Shown here: one piece after another, positions 61,814 to 64,000 of the stretch
Layout of the letters: each line of letters starts with the position of its first letter
Position numbering within the stretch: the first letter of the stretch is position 1
NCBI GenBank assembly: GCA_051313645.2
Contig: JBNRSN020000013.1
Span: 72,664,001 to 72,728,000 of the forward strand
Direction: 5' to 3'
DNA: 64,000 nt
Source of the DNA: Centroscyllium fabricii
Lineage: Eukaryota
Translations under genes and position numbers: made by a program
The notes under the pieces: generated by a model
The model's input: only the letters and a program-made list of their open reading frames with translations
Databases searched by the model: none
Told to the model about the DNA's origin: nothing

Positions 61814-62270
61814 GTGTCAGCCTTAACTCCATGGTAGCACTCTCACTGAGTTAGGAGGTCATGGGTTGAAGGTCGACTCCAGAGACTTGAAAATCCAGAC
61901 TGACACTTCAGTCCAGTACGGAGGTCGTGCTGCACGATCGGAGGTGCCATCTTTCAGCTGAGATGTTAAACTGAGGCCTTGTCTGATCTCTCAGGTAAGT
62001 GTAAAGGATCCCATGGCACCGTTGGAAGAAGAGTGAGGGTATTCTTCTGAGGTCCTGGCCAATGCTTATCCCTCACCCAACATCACTAAAGCAGATTGTC
62101 TGGTCATTACCACATTGCTGTTTGTGGGGACTTGCTGTGTGCAAATTGGCTGCCACATTTCCCTGCATTACAACCATGACTACACTTCAAAAGTACTTTT
62201 TTGGCTACGTAGTGCTTTGGGACATCCTGACAATGTGAAAGGTGCTTCACAAATGCAAGTCCTCTCCTTT
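61814..62270 (+). mobile_element. Deu-domain SINE
   Basis: GGAGGTGCCATCTTTCAGCTGAGATGTTAAACTGAGGCC...GATCCCATGGCAC; L2-like tail. Confidence 0.85.
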
Positions 62271-62289
62271 TACCTAAATCAAGTATTCT

Positions 62290-63755
62290 ATAGACTCGGG
62301 CACAGTTCCCATGGATTGGAGGGTAGCTAATGTTACCCCCCTATTTTAAAAAGGTGGTAGAGAGAAAATGGGGAATTATAGACTGGTAGGCCTGACATCG
62401 GTAGTGGGGGTAATGCTAGAGACCATTATAAAAGATGTAATAGCAGAGCACTTGGAAAACAGTGACTGGATCGTACAAAGTCAACATGGATTTACAAAAG
62501 GTAAATCATGCTTGGCTAATCTACTGGAATTTTTTGAGGATGTAACTGGTAGAATAGATAAGGGAAAACCAGTGGATGTGGTGTATTTGGACTTTCACAA
62601 GGCTTTCGATAAGGTCTCGCATAAGAGATTAGTGTGCAAAGTTAAAGCACATGGGATTGGGGGTGAAGTACTGACTTGAATAGAGAACTGGTTGGCAGAC
62701 AGGAAGCAAAGAGTTGGAATAAATGGGTCTTTTTCCGAGTGGCAGGCAGCGACGAGTGGGGTACTGCAGGTATTGGTGCCATGATCCCTGTTATTCATAA
62801 GATATATTAATGATCTAGACGAGGGAACAAGATGTAATATCCCCAAGTTTGCAGACGACACAAAGCTGGGTGGGCGTGTGTGCTGTGAGGAGGATGCCGA
62901 GAAACTCCAGTATGATTTGTACAGGTTGGGTGATTGGGCAGATGCATGGCAGATGCAGTATAATGTGGATAAATGCGAGGTTATCCACTTTGGTGGCAAA
63001 AACAGGAAGGCAGATTATCTGAATGGCAATAGATTGGGAAAAGGGAAAGTGCAACAAGACCTGGGTGTCCTTGTGCACCAGGCACTGAAGGTAAGCATGC
63101 AGGTGCAGCAGGCGGTTAAGAAGGCAAATGGTATGTTGGCCTTCATAGCGAGAGGATTAGAGTACAGGAGCAAGGATGTCTTTCTGCAGTTGTACAGGGC
63201 CTTGGTGAGACCACACCTTGAGTATTGTGTGCAGTTTTGGTCGCTTTATCTGAGGAAGGAGTGCAGTGAAGATTCACCAGATTGTTACCTGGGATGGCAG
63301 GAATGACATATGAGGACAGATTAGGTCTATTAGGCTTATATTCGCTAGAGTTTAGATGAGAGAGGATCTCATTGAAACTTATAAAATTCTAACAGGACTG
63401 GACAGACTAGATGCAGGAAGGATGTTCCCAATGGCGGGGGAGTCCAGAACCAGGGGTCACAGTCTAAGGATAAGGGGTAAGCCATTTAGGACTGTGATGA
63501 GGAGGAATTTCTTCACCCAGAGAGTGGTGAACCTGTGGAATTCTCTACCACAGAAGGCAGTTGAGGCCAATTCATGAAATATATTCAAGAAGGAGTTAGA
63601 TATAGTTCTTAAGGCCAAAGGGATGAAGGGATATGGGGAGAAAGCAGGGACAGGGTACTGAATTTGGATGATCAGCCATGATCGCATTGAATGGCGGAAC
63701 AGGTTCGAGGGGCCGAATGGCCTCCTCCTGCTCCTATCTATGTTTCCATGTTTCT
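62290..63755 (+). mobile_element. CR1 LINE ORF2 RT to 3' end; donor-type tail of the main V-SINE
   Basis: GNYRLVGLTS...QHGFTKGKSCL...DFHKAFDKV...FADDTK; 3' end AGGGATATGGGGAGAAAGCAGGGACAGGGTACTGAATTTGGATGATCAGCCATG. Confidence 0.95.
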
Positions 63756-64000
63756 CCTGTGCACTTGGGTTCTGACAATCTGAAACATTAAATCTGTTCC
63801 TCCCTCCACAGATGCTGCCTGACCTGCGGAGTATTTCCAGCATTTTCCCTTCTCATTTATTCTCCTGTACCTGGGTTGGATCTTATTACAACTACACATG
63901 AGCTTGAGCACCCGCAACGAATTCCAATAACACTGGGCTCCATGGTAAACCTGCAAGGTCAAGCGGGGATTAAAGTACTGCTGATAATGGATTCTGTGGA

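Overview
Eukaryotic (vertebrate) DNA, almost certainly a cartilaginous fish (shark): it carries HE1-type V-SINEs, Deu-domain SINEs, many CR1 and L2 LINE fragments and Penelope-like elements. No intact protein-coding gene can be identified. About 1-29 kb is repeat-poor with several CpG-rich blocks and minus-strand splice donors. This looks like the 5' regulatory region and non-coding first exons of a minus-strand gene whose candidate ATG (MCGWAAQIRQRV...) runs off the left edge; the gene identity is unknown. About 29.8-64 kb is densely nested transposable elements. Most interesting: (i) a recent Penelope-like insertion with a 144-bp apparently perfect inverted repeat carrying two opposed minimal hammerhead ribozymes and a 12-bp TSD, plus other hammerhead-bearing remnants; (ii) modular exchange of 3' tails among CR1 LINEs and V-SINEs; (iii) a Harbinger-like MITE family whose internal hairpins show compensatory substitutions; (iv) solo LTRs, one with a CTCF-like motif; (v) a degenerate ~27-bp motif array and a GGGCT-rich minisatellite. 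All family names come from recognition by eye; no database search was run.
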